A DNA stretch of 64,000 nucleotides from an uncultured Alistipes sp. Its GTDB lineage: Bacteria; Bacteroidota; Bacteroidia; Bacteroidales; Muribaculaceae. The notes beneath the pieces are model-generated. The model did not search any database. It worked only from the letters and a program-made list of their open reading frames with translations, and was not told the origin of the DNA. The translations under genes and the position numbers were made by a program. The stretch spans positions 175 to 64,174 of the forward strand of contig CAYTBH010000002.1 of the NCBI GenBank assembly GCA_964435935.1, in the 5' to 3' direction. Positions 20,130 to 28,493 of this stretch are shown one piece after another (within the stretch, counting starts at the first letter, position 1; every line of letters begins with the position of its first letter).

Positions 20130-20722
20130 TTAAATTCACTCTCATCGGAGGCGGTGGCCACTGCGAGTCGCTCCTGAAGGCTCTTCCCAAAGGGCTAGAG
20201 CCCCTGGGCTACACCGACCTGGCCCCCGCCCCGGGGTTGGCGCTCCCCTACCTCGGCACCGACTCAGCCGCCAGCGGCCCGGTGCACATCGCCGTGGCCC
20301 TCGGCGCCGACGACTCGCTCGCGACGCGCCGCCGCGTCATCGACCGCTTCAGCGCGTTTGAATTCGTCACCATCGTCGCCCCCACTGCCATCATCGCCCA
20401 CTCCTCTATTATAGGGAGCGGCTCGGCGGTGCTCCACCGCGCCGTTGTCAACGGCGCCGCCATCGGGCGCAACTGCATTGTCAACACCGGCGCCATCCTC
20501 GAGCACTCAGTCGCCGTCGGCGAAAACTGCTTCATAGGCCCGGGAGCCATCATTTGCGGGGGCGTTACCATTGGCTCCGACACCGTCATCGGGGCCGGCG
20601 CGATAGTGCGCAACGGGGTGAAAATCTGCGGCGGGGCCGTAATCGGCATGGGGGCCGTGGTTACCCGCGACATCACCGCCCCCGGCAGATATGTCGGCAA
20701 CCCGGCGCGCAAAATGCAATGA
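20126..20722 (+). CDS. Hexapeptide-repeat acetyltransferase, NeuD/PglD/LegH-like
   Basis: IGGGGH, left-handed beta-helix repeats, VGNPARK; TTG start overlapping the legB stop. Confidence 0.8.
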   Translation: MIKFTLIGGGGHCESLLKALPKGLEPLGYTDLAPAPGLALPYLGTDSAASGPVHIAVALGADDSLATRRRVIDRFSAFEFVTIVAPTAIIAHSSIIGSGSAVLHRAVVNGAAIGRNCIVNTGAILEHSVAVGENCFIGPGAIICGGVTIGSDTVIGAGAIVRNGVKICGGAVIGMGAVVTRDITAPGRYVGNPARKMQ

Positions 20723-21735
20723 ACATGAAGCCCTTAACCATAATAGCCGAGGCCGGGGTGAACCATTGCGGGTCGCTCGACATGGCCCTCAGAATGGTCG
20801 ATGCCGCCGCCGATGCCGGGGCCGACTACGTTAAATTCCAGACTTTCAAGGCCGAGAAGCTCGTCAGCGCCTCGGCTCCCAAAGCCGCCTACCAGCAGGC
20901 GAACGCCCCCGAGGCTGGCAATTCGCAACTCGAGATGCTCCGCGGCCTCGAACTCTCGGCAGCCGACTTCGCGACCCTCGCCGACCGCTGCCGCCGGCGC
21001 GGCATAGGGTTCCTCTCCACCCCCTTCGACAGCGACAGCATCGCCCTGCTGCGCCCCCTCGGCATGGACTTTTGGAAAATCCCCTCGGGCGAAATCACCA
21101 ACCTCCCCTACCTCCGCGAAATCGGCGCTTTGGGCCAGCCCGTGATTCTCTCCACCGGCATGTCGGAGCTCGGCGACGTCGAAGCCGCCCTCCGCGCGCT
21201 TGAAGAGGCCGGCACTCCGCGCTCGAAAGTGGCCCTGCTCCACTGCAACACGCAGTATCCCACCCCCATGGCCGACGTAAACCTCCGGGCCATGGACGAC
21301 CTCCGCGCGCTCGGCGCAGCCGAGGTCGGATACAGCGACCACACCGTTGGCACCGAGGTGCCCGTGGCCGCCGTGGCCCTCGGCGCGACAATCATCGAAA
21401 AGCATTTCACCCTCGACAAGAGCCTCCCCGGGCCCGACCACCGCGCATCGCTCGACCCCGGCGAGCTCGCCCTGATGGTGAGGCAGACGCGCAACGCGGC
21501 CTTGGCGCTCGGCACCCCCGGCAAGCGCGTCAGCCCCTCCGAGCGCCCCAACATCGAGGTGGCCCGCAAAAGCATCGTCGCCGCCCGGCCCATTGCCCGC
21601 GGCGAGCTCCTCACCGACGACAACCTCGCCGCCAAGCGCCCCGGCGGAGGCATCTCGCCGATGCTCTGGGACAGCGTCGTCGGCACCCGCGCCATCCGCG
21701 ACTTCCTCCCCGACCAACAAATCACACTCCGATAA
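20719..21735 (+). CDS. neuB: N-acetylneuraminate / N,N'-diacetyllegionaminate synthase (NeuB/LegI)
   Basis: IIAEAGVNHCG, KFQTF, STPFD, KIPSGEITN, GYSDHT, IEKHFTLD, C-terminal SAF domain; start ATG 20719 or 20725. Confidence 0.9.
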   Translation: MNMKPLTIIAEAGVNHCGSLDMALRMVDAAADAGADYVKFQTFKAEKLVSASAPKAAYQQANAPEAGNSQLEMLRGLELSAADFATLADRCRRRGIGFLSTPFDSDSIALLRPLGMDFWKIPSGEITNLPYLREIGALGQPVILSTGMSELGDVEAALRALEEAGTPRSKVALLHCNTQYPTPMADVNLRAMDDLRALGAAEVGYSDHTVGTEVPVAAVALGATIIEKHFTLDKSLPGPDHRASLDPGELALMVRQTRNAALALGTPGKRVSPSERPNIEVARKSIVAARPIARGELLTDDNLAAKRPGGGISPMLWDSVVGTRAIRDFLPDQQITLR

Positions 21736-21738
21736 GCC

Positions 21739-22596
21739 ATGGCCGACGACACCACTCTCAACTCCCTGCTCCGCCAGATGCGCTCCCTGATGCAGCCCTC
21801 CCTGGGCAGCCGCGAAGCCACCGCCGTGAGCCGCGAAATAATGTTCGACCTCAAAGGGTGGGACCTCACCCAGCTCGCCATCCGCGACGGCGACCCCGTC
21901 AGCGACTTCACAGCCTCCCGCGCCCTCGACGCCGCCAGGCGCGTCGCCCAGGGCGAGCCCGTGCAGTATATCTTCCAGAGCGCCCCCTTCTACGGCATGC
22001 GCTTCAAGGTAACCCCCGCCACCCTCATTCCGCGCCCCGAGACCGCCCAGCTTGTCGACCTCATCGTGGGCCGTTACGGCGCGACCAAGGACCTCCGCGT
22101 GCTCGATGTAGGCACCGGCTCGGGCTGCATAGCCATCGCCCTGAGTCGCTTCCTTCCATTCTCCGAGGTCACCGCGGTCGACATAAGCGCCCCGGCGCTC
22201 GAAGTCGCCCGCGAGAACGCCCGCGCCCTCAAGGCGCGTGTCAACTTCGTGCGCGAGGACATCCTCTCGGCCACCCCGCGGGGCGAGTCGTTCGACATCA
22301 TCGTCAGCAACCCGCCCTACATCGCCGACCACGAGCGCGCCACGATGGAGCGCAACGTGCTCGACCACGAACCCGCCCAGGCCCTCTTCGTCCCCGACAG
22401 CGACCCGCTCCTCTTCTACCGCGCCATAACGGCCTACGCCGTCGAGGCCCTCGCCCCCTCGGGCACCATCTATTTCGAAATCAACCCGCTCTATGCCTCC
22501 GGGCTCGCCGCGCTCGCCGGCTCCATGGGCTTCAACGCCGACATAATTCCCGACAGCGAGGGGCGCGGGCGCTTCGCCGTGCTCACCCGCGCCTGA
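21739..22596 (+). CDS. prmC: Release factor glutamine methyltransferase
   Basis: LIPRPET, LDVGTGSGCIA, VSNPPY. Confidence 0.95.
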   Translation: MADDTTLNSLLRQMRSLMQPSLGSREATAVSREIMFDLKGWDLTQLAIRDGDPVSDFTASRALDAARRVAQGEPVQYIFQSAPFYGMRFKVTPATLIPRPETAQLVDLIVGRYGATKDLRVLDVGTGSGCIAIALSRFLPFSEVTAVDISAPALEVARENARALKARVNFVREDILSATPRGESFDIIVSNPPYIADHERATMERNVLDHEPAQALFVPDSDPLLFYRAITAYAVEALAPSGTIYFEINPLYASGLAALAGSMGFNADIIPDSEGRGRFAVLTRA

Positions 22597-22602
22597 ACCG
22601 CC

Positions 22603-23070
22603 ATGCAAAGGAAACCCGTCACCCCCCAAATGGCCCTCAGCCGCCTCGCCACCCTCTGCGCCCGCGCCGAGCGCTGCCGTGCCGAGCTCGAGCAGAAACT
22701 GCGCCAATGGGGCGTCGGCCACGCCGACAGCGAAAAAATCCTCGCCCGCCTCGCCCGCGAACGCTATTTCGACAACAGCCGCTTCGCAGCTGCCTTCGCC
22801 CGCGACAAAGCCCTCTACGCCCATTGGGGCAGGCGCAAAATCGCCGCCGCCCTGCGCCTCAAGCGCATTGACCTGGCCGACATCGACGACGCCCTCGACT
22901 CGCTCGACCCCGACGACTACCTCGCCGCCCTCGCCGCTACCATCAACGCCAAGGCCCGCACCCTCCCCGACCTCCAGTCCTACGAGTCGCGCGCGAAGCT
23001 GCTGCGCTTCGCCGTAGCCCGCGGCTATGAGGCCGATTTGGCACTCGGCATCATAAAATCTCTCGAATAA
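22603..23070 (+). CDS. recX: Regulatory protein RecX
   Basis: CARAERC, RFAAAFARDK, WGRRKI, RGY; follows prmC as in other Bacteroidales. Confidence 0.9.
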   Translation: MQRKPVTPQMALSRLATLCARAERCRAELEQKLRQWGVGHADSEKILARLARERYFDNSRFAAAFARDKALYAHWGRRKIAAALRLKRIDLADIDDALDSLDPDDYLAALAATINAKARTLPDLQSYESRAKLLRFAVARGYEADLALGIIKSLE

Positions 23071-23092
23071 TTGGAATCCCGAATATTTTTCT

Positions 23093-23100
23093 TATCTTTG
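23093..23100 (+). promoter_or_regulatory. Bacteroidota -7 promoter box
   Basis: TATCTTTG followed by caaaa, about 215 nt upstream of the large adhesin gene. Confidence 0.6.
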
Positions 23101-23314
23101 CAAAATTCATGGTAGAAGTATGCGATTTATGCGGATTTTCCGAATAAACATCCGGCTTTTATCAAAATATGCGAATTTTTATTCAATCAATACATTAACC
23201 TTAAGAGCCTCGTTGAAATTTTTCACAGAAGTTCATTTTCTTTAACCCGGAAGAGGATGGACTTTGACCGATATTTTTTCCGCCCGGCTCTTGCTAATCA
23301 ATCAAATCTTGCGT

Positions 23315-26300
23315 ATGAAAAAAAAGCAACTTTTTCTACTCGCGTTGGGTTTGGCCGCTACCTCGACATTGACGTCGAAAGCTGAAACAGTACAGAACTA
23401 TCAGCTCGACTTCAACACGCCGATCGCGATCGTAGACCACACTTTCCGCGTGGCCCCCAACTGGCGGCACATCGTCGACAACATAGACACTGACTACGTC
23501 AGCTACTATTATTCCGCCGACGGAGGTGTCGATGATTCCGGCTATCTCAAAGCCGGCGTTCAGGAAGGAAGGGATTGGGACTATGACATCTACCCTCTCT
23601 ACGACCTCCTCGTAACTCCCGTAATCAGCGGCGAGATTAGCTTCGCCGGCAAGCTCGATGGCACTTACGGCTACATCCAGGTGTACACCATTGATGAAAA
23701 CGGGAAGCGCAGCTCCGCCCCTATACACAATTTCAACAACTCTGAGCTCAACCGCGACGAATGGACAACCGTGAGCTTCACGCTCGATACCCCGCAGCGC
23801 GTAGGTCTGCGAATAAGTCAGGCGTGCATCGACAACTTCTCCGCTGAGACAGCTGAAATCGAGGTTGAAAAGAGCCTTTCGATTGTTTCGGCCCTTCCCG
23901 TGGCATCCGCGAACAATGGATATGATGGCAACGGTATAACAGGCGCGATCTACTGGTTCCAGCAGCCCCCCGTGGTGAACGAGGAGGGTTCTAAGCCGGG
24001 CGACGTGCTCGTTCAATACACCGTAGTAGTTAAGAACGACGGCCAGGCCGACCTTGTGCAGGGCGAGGAAAACTTCTCCATTTCGATTTACAAGAATTCC
24101 GATAAGACCGTCACCTACGGCACCACCGCTGTTCCCCAGGACCTCCCTGTGGGAGCTACTTCCGAGCCATTCGTGGTCGAGGCTTCTGTACCGGCTTCGG
24201 CATGGCCCTCTACCTACACTTCTAACACCCTCAACCTCATCGACAATTTGACGGGTAACACCATGACCCGCGCTAATTCATATTGTATTGCCTATGAGCC
24301 AGTGTTTGTATGCCGCGAGGCCGGAGCTTCATCAACTTACTCGACCACCACAGCTGTAAAATTCGGGTTAGTCAGGGAGGCTGTCGAGAAAAAACTCGAG
24401 CTTTTCAACAACGGCGGCGCGCCCCTCACCATCAAGAGCATCACCGCGCCTGAGGGCTACGCATTCGAAGTCCGCGAATACCCCCAGGAGGGTGAAACAG
24501 AGGGTGCGCTCGTAGAAGGTGAGTTCACCATTGAGAGAAAATCTAAGAAATCGCTCATCGTTACTCTTCCGGCTACTGCCCAAGGCACATTCGCCGGCAA
24601 CCTCTCCATTGTATACATCGACAAGAATGGCGCTGAGCAGACCTACACGCTCCCCTTCTCCGCAACGGTTCTCGGCGCAAACACCTGGTTCACCACGTTC
24701 GACGATCCCGCGGTCTCTGGTTCCACAGTCGTTTACCCCGCCGGTTCTATTGCTGAAAACGGCATCCAGTCCGGCAGCACAGGCTATGGTGCCAACGCCG
24801 ACGTTTATCTGAAATCTTACACCAGCTCGTCCTATCAGACTGAGAACAACAAGTTCATCACTCCCAAGCTCCGCGCCCAGGCTGGCGACGTCCTCTCGTT
24901 TGACGTAACCCGCGACGGCACAACGAGCACCTATTCGATGAAGGTGTATGTTTCCACCGACCGTGTAAACTGGGGCGAACCGGTTGCCACCTTTACCCCC
25001 GACAACGTTGGCTCATCCTTTGAGAAGAAGAGCATAACATTTGACGAGGCAGGTGACTACTATGTTGGGTTCGCCATCTTCGGCATGCGCCTCGACAACG
25101 TGGCCGGTCTCGAAAAGATTGATGCGACCCACGACATCTATTTCAGAAGAGTAATGCAGGACGAGGCAATCCAGGGTGGCAAAGTATTGACTTCTACACT
25201 CTTTGCGATTCCCCTGACCGATGAGGCAGCCGAAGACTACACCATCAAATACTTCGTCAACAACGAGGTTGTGCAGACCCTCACACCCATCGCGCTGACC
25301 GCGACCGCCAACCGCGAAACCCAGTTCAACGCGAAGTGGACTCCCGAGGTCGACCACACCGTCACCTACCCAACTTACTTTGAGCTCGAATTCACCGACG
25401 GCACCAAGTTCAAATCCACCATTAAGGATGTTACCGTCCAGGTTCAGCCCGAGTTTGTTTTCTTCAACAAGGACGACTTTGCCGGCGAATTTTACAAACC
25501 CAGCAACCGCTCTACAGCCATCGCTTTTGGCAAGACAAACACTCCCGGACTGGAACAGCACTTCGAAATCTACAACTGGGGTGCCGCTCCGCTGACTGTC
25601 AACAGCATCACTCTCCCCGACGGATTCTCTGCCAAATACGCCAACGACGAGGGTGAAGCCACCGAGTTCACCTTCCCCCTTACCGTGGCTCCCAAGACAC
25701 GCCAGGGTGTGGACGTGGTTCTCTCCGCCACCGAGGCTGGAACATATTCCGGCAACCTCTCGATCGGCTACATTGATGCCGACGGCACCGATGCCACATT
25801 CGAGCTGCCGGTTTCCGCCACACTGCTCGACCCCTCGAAATGGTATGCCTCATTTGACGACGGCTCAACCAACGGCGTATGGCCCGCGGGTTCTGTGCAC
25901 GACTCAGGTGTTTCCCTCTTAAATGCTGGCACTTATAGCACGCCTAACATGACGGCGTACTGCGCCAATAGCTCGACCGACAATTTCTTCATTACCCCGA
26001 AGCTCACCGCAACCGAAGGGGCAACCCTCTCGTTCGATGTCAAGGCATATAATTCCAGCTATTACAAATCTAAAGTTGTGGTTTATGCGTCTGAGACCCG
26101 CGAAGGCCTTAAGGACGATGAGCAGAGAACTCTCCTGCTCACAGTCAGCGCCGACAGTGAGGATGAAGAAACCAAACTGACCACAGAAGGTTTCACGACA
26201 TTTACCATCGCAATGCCTTCGGCAGGCGACTACTATCTCGGCTTCCAGCTTTTCGAGCGCCCCTACCTTGACGAAATCTACGGCCTGAGCATTGCTCCCG

Positions 26301-28126
26301 CATCGCATGACCTCCAGCTCGCCGCATCGCTGATTCCCGCCAACGCCGTTCAGAACACCATCGCGACCGCAACTCTCGCGGTTCGCAACTTCGGTGTGGA
26401 AGTTGAGCCCAGCGGCTCGTACACTCTGACCGCCTATGTCGACGGGAAACCCAACACCATCGAAGGCTACAAGGAGATTCCTCTGGCAAACGCCTACAAT
26501 GCAACCACAACATCGTTCGAAATCCCCTTCCGTTCGCCCAAACCCGGCACATTCCCCGTTTATCTCGAACTGAAAGCCGGCGACTTCGTGCTGACAACCG
26601 AACCTGAGGACGTAGTCTTCGCAGAAGAGACCCTGTCGAGCGAAATCGTCGTTGGCACTCCCACCGGAATCGATTCCCAGGTGCCCCTGAACCTCTACTA
26701 CAAGAACAGCGAAACTGTTGCTCTCTACACGCCTGCCGACCTCGGCCTGAACGGTGGAGAAAAAATCTCTAAGATCGTTCTCAAAGGACACATGCTCACT
26801 AGCCACAAATCGAACCTCAAGTTCTACTATCAGTGGGCCGACGACTCTGAACAGGCAAAACCCGCTAATGGCTTATTCGATTACGAGGGAATGACCTGCG
26901 TTATCGATCAGGAAGCATACCAATGGACCGAGATGGGTTCGGAAAGCAATCTCGCTGATATGTTCACCATATCGTTTGATGAACCTGTCGTTTACGAAGC
27001 TGGCAAATCGCTGCGACTCTTCTTCCGTTCGACGGCGGATTCTTACGCTGGGAATGGCAAATTCAAAATTGAGAAATCCAACCTTAAAAAGAATTGTTAT
27101 CAGCATCAGCAGGATAATGCTTCCACGTTTAACTCTCAAGCTTGGTCTGAACTAACCCTGCCGGCTCTCCACATCCATCTTTATGTGACCCCGACTTCTC
27201 TCTCCGGCACCGTGACCGACGCTGAGGGTAACGCAGCCGAAGGCGCTACCGTAACCCTTGTCAGCACCGATGGCGACGACATCCAGTATGCAGCCACCAC
27301 CGACGCTGAAGGCGCTTACAATGTGAATGTGATCCAGAACAGCCGCACCTACGACGTGATCGTCAGCAAGGAGGGCAAGGAAGACTACGCCGACGGCGTT
27401 GCCTTCGAGGAATCGCAGGCCCAGGACTTCACCCTCTACGAAGTTGCCAACCTCAACGACTCCACCACCAATGTGACGGCAATCGAAAGCGCCCTCGTGA
27501 AGCTGAACCTCGGCCTCAAGCCCGGCTTCAACGCCATCGCTCTCCCCATCGCCCTCACCGCCGAGGAAGTTGAAGAAGTATTCGGCGAAGACACCAAGGT
27601 TTACGAATTCGTAAGCGTTGACGGCGAACTCGACGCCCTCGCCCACTTCTACGCCAAGACCGACGGCATGGATGCCGGCGTGCCCTACCTCCTCGAAATT
27701 GCCAACGAGCCCGCTCCCTTCAAGGTCAAGGGCCGCGCGGTGGTTACCGATACCCCCTCTGTTGCCCACTACGCTGTGAACTTCACCGCCACCTACGCTC
27801 CCATGGAGATTGCCAACGGCATGTTCTTCCTCAGCAACGACAACTACGTCGCCACGACCAACGCTGCTACCCACGGCATCAGCTTCATGGCTGAAGAGGC
27901 TCCCGCCACCACCCTCCCCGCTTTCCGCGCATACGTTAAGCAGCGCGAGGGCCACGAGCTCCAGAGCTTCCGCTTCGACATCCTGACCGAATACACCGGC
28001 ATTGAAAGCGTTGCCGCCGACTTCGACGAAAACGCCGAAATCTACAACCTCCAGGGTATCCGCGTCAAGAACCCCGCCCAGAGCGGCGTTTACATCGTCA
28101 ACGGCAAGAAAGTCCTCGTTAAGTAA
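23315..28126 (+). CDS. Large (~1600 aa) secreted multidomain surface protein with repeated Ig-like/choice-of-anchor D and adhesin-like domains, carboxypeptidase-regulatory-like domain and T9SS-type tail
   Basis: Signal peptide from ATG 23315; N.G.APLT...IT motifs; FITPKL...LSFDV repeats; SLSGTVTDAEG..EGATV; tail TGIESV...IYNLQGIRV...GVYIVNGKKVLVK. Confidence 0.8.
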   Translation: MKKKQLFLLALGLAATSTLTSKAETVQNYQLDFNTPIAIVDHTFRVAPNWRHIVDNIDTDYVSYYYSADGGVDDSGYLKAGVQEGRDWDYDIYPLYDLLVTPVISGEISFAGKLDGTYGYIQVYTIDENGKRSSAPIHNFNNSELNRDEWTTVSFTLDTPQRVGLRISQACIDNFSAETAEIEVEKSLSIVSALPVASANNGYDGNGITGAIYWFQQPPVVNEEGSKPGDVLVQYTVVVKNDGQADLVQGEENFSISIYKNSDKTVTYGTTAVPQDLPVGATSEPFVVEASVPASAWPSTYTSNTLNLIDNLTGNTMTRANSYCIAYEPVFVCREAGASSTYSTTTAVKFGLVREAVEKKLELFNNGGAPLTIKSITAPEGYAFEVREYPQEGETEGALVEGEFTIERKSKKSLIVTLPATAQGTFAGNLSIVYIDKNGAEQTYTLPFSATVLGANTWFTTFDDPAVSGSTVVYPAGSIAENGIQSGSTGYGANADVYLKSYTSSSYQTENNKFITPKLRAQAGDVLSFDVTRDGTTSTYSMKVYVSTDRVNWGEPVATFTPDNVGSSFEKKSITFDEAGDYYVGFAIFGMRLDNVAGLEKIDATHDIYFRRVMQDEAIQGGKVLTSTLFAIPLTDEAAEDYTIKYFVNNEVVQTLTPIALTATANRETQFNAKWTPEVDHTVTYPTYFELEFTDGTKFKSTIKDVTVQVQPEFVFFNKDDFAGEFYKPSNRSTAIAFGKTNTPGLEQHFEIYNWGAAPLTVNSITLPDGFSAKYANDEGEATEFTFPLTVAPKTRQGVDVVLSATEAGTYSGNLSIGYIDADGTDATFELPVSATLLDPSKWYASFDDGSTNGVWPAGSVHDSGVSLLNAGTYSTPNMTAYCANSSTDNFFITPKLTATEGATLSFDVKAYNSSYYKSKVVVYASETREGLKDDEQRTLLLTVSADSEDEETKLTTEGFTTFTIAMPSAGDYYLGFQLFERPYLDEIYGLSIAPASHDLQLAASLIPANAVQNTIATATLAVRNFGVEVEPSGSYTLTAYVDGKPNTIEGYKEIPLANAYNATTTSFEIPFRSPKPGTFPVYLELKAGDFVLTTEPEDVVFAEETLSSEIVVGTPTGIDSQVPLNLYYKNSETVALYTPADLGLNGGEKISKIVLKGHMLTSHKSNLKFYYQWADDSEQAKPANGLFDYEGMTCVIDQEAYQWTEMGSESNLADMFTISFDEPVVYEAGKSLRLFFRSTADSYAGNGKFKIEKSNLKKNCYQHQQDNASTFNSQAWSELTLPALHIHLYVTPTSLSGTVTDAEGNAAEGATVTLVSTDGDDIQYAATTDAEGAYNVNVIQNSRTYDVIVSKEGKEDYADGVAFEESQAQDFTLYEVANLNDSTTNVTAIESALVKLNLGLKPGFNAIALPIALTAEEVEEVFGEDTKVYEFVSVDGELDALAHFYAKTDGMDAGVPYLLEIANEPAPFKVKGRAVVTDTPSVAHYAVNFTATYAPMEIANGMFFLSNDNYVATTNAATHGISFMAEEAPATTLPAFRAYVKQREGHELQSFRFDILTEYTGIESVAADFDENAEIYNLQGIRVKNPAQSGVYIVNGKKVLVK

Positions 28127-28155
28127 TCCCCCTTACCAACGATAACCCCCATCTC

Positions 28156-28190
28156 AGGGCGCTGTGCCATCCGGCACAGCGCCCTTTGTT
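28156..28190 (+). terminator. Intrinsic terminator
   Basis: 13-bp perfect stem agggcgctgtgcc / ggcacagcgccct followed by ttgttt. Confidence 0.85.
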
Positions 28191-28404
28191 TATCCCGCCC
28201 CACCACCGACGCCGGGGGCAGCTCCGCGGCCCCCACTGTGTGAGCTGCGGAGCTGCGATGTCGTCAGTGCCCGCGCTGCCGGCGAGCCGTCACAATTTTT
28301 CGGGCGGTTTGGCGTTATCATTAGGGGGATTTCCCAGAGTAGCAAAAGCACACACCCGCGAAGTTAAAAAACCACAAAATGTTTTTAAAATCCGAATTTT
28401 CGCG

Positions 28405-28412
28405 TATATTTG
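28405..28412 (+). promoter_or_regulatory. Bacteroidota -7 promoter box
   Basis: TATATTTG in an AT-rich stretch about 80 nt upstream of ATG 28494. Confidence 0.55.
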
Positions 28413-28493
28413 TCATTCATATTTGACCCGAATTAGCATTTAGTATTTAAACCTCTATAAAAAACGAATTATCAATCACCAAATAATAATCCG

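Noticed and set aside
19100-23050. Horizontally acquired island because of very high GC
   Set aside because: The same composition extends through core genes prmC and recX; no integrase, tRNA or flanking repeats
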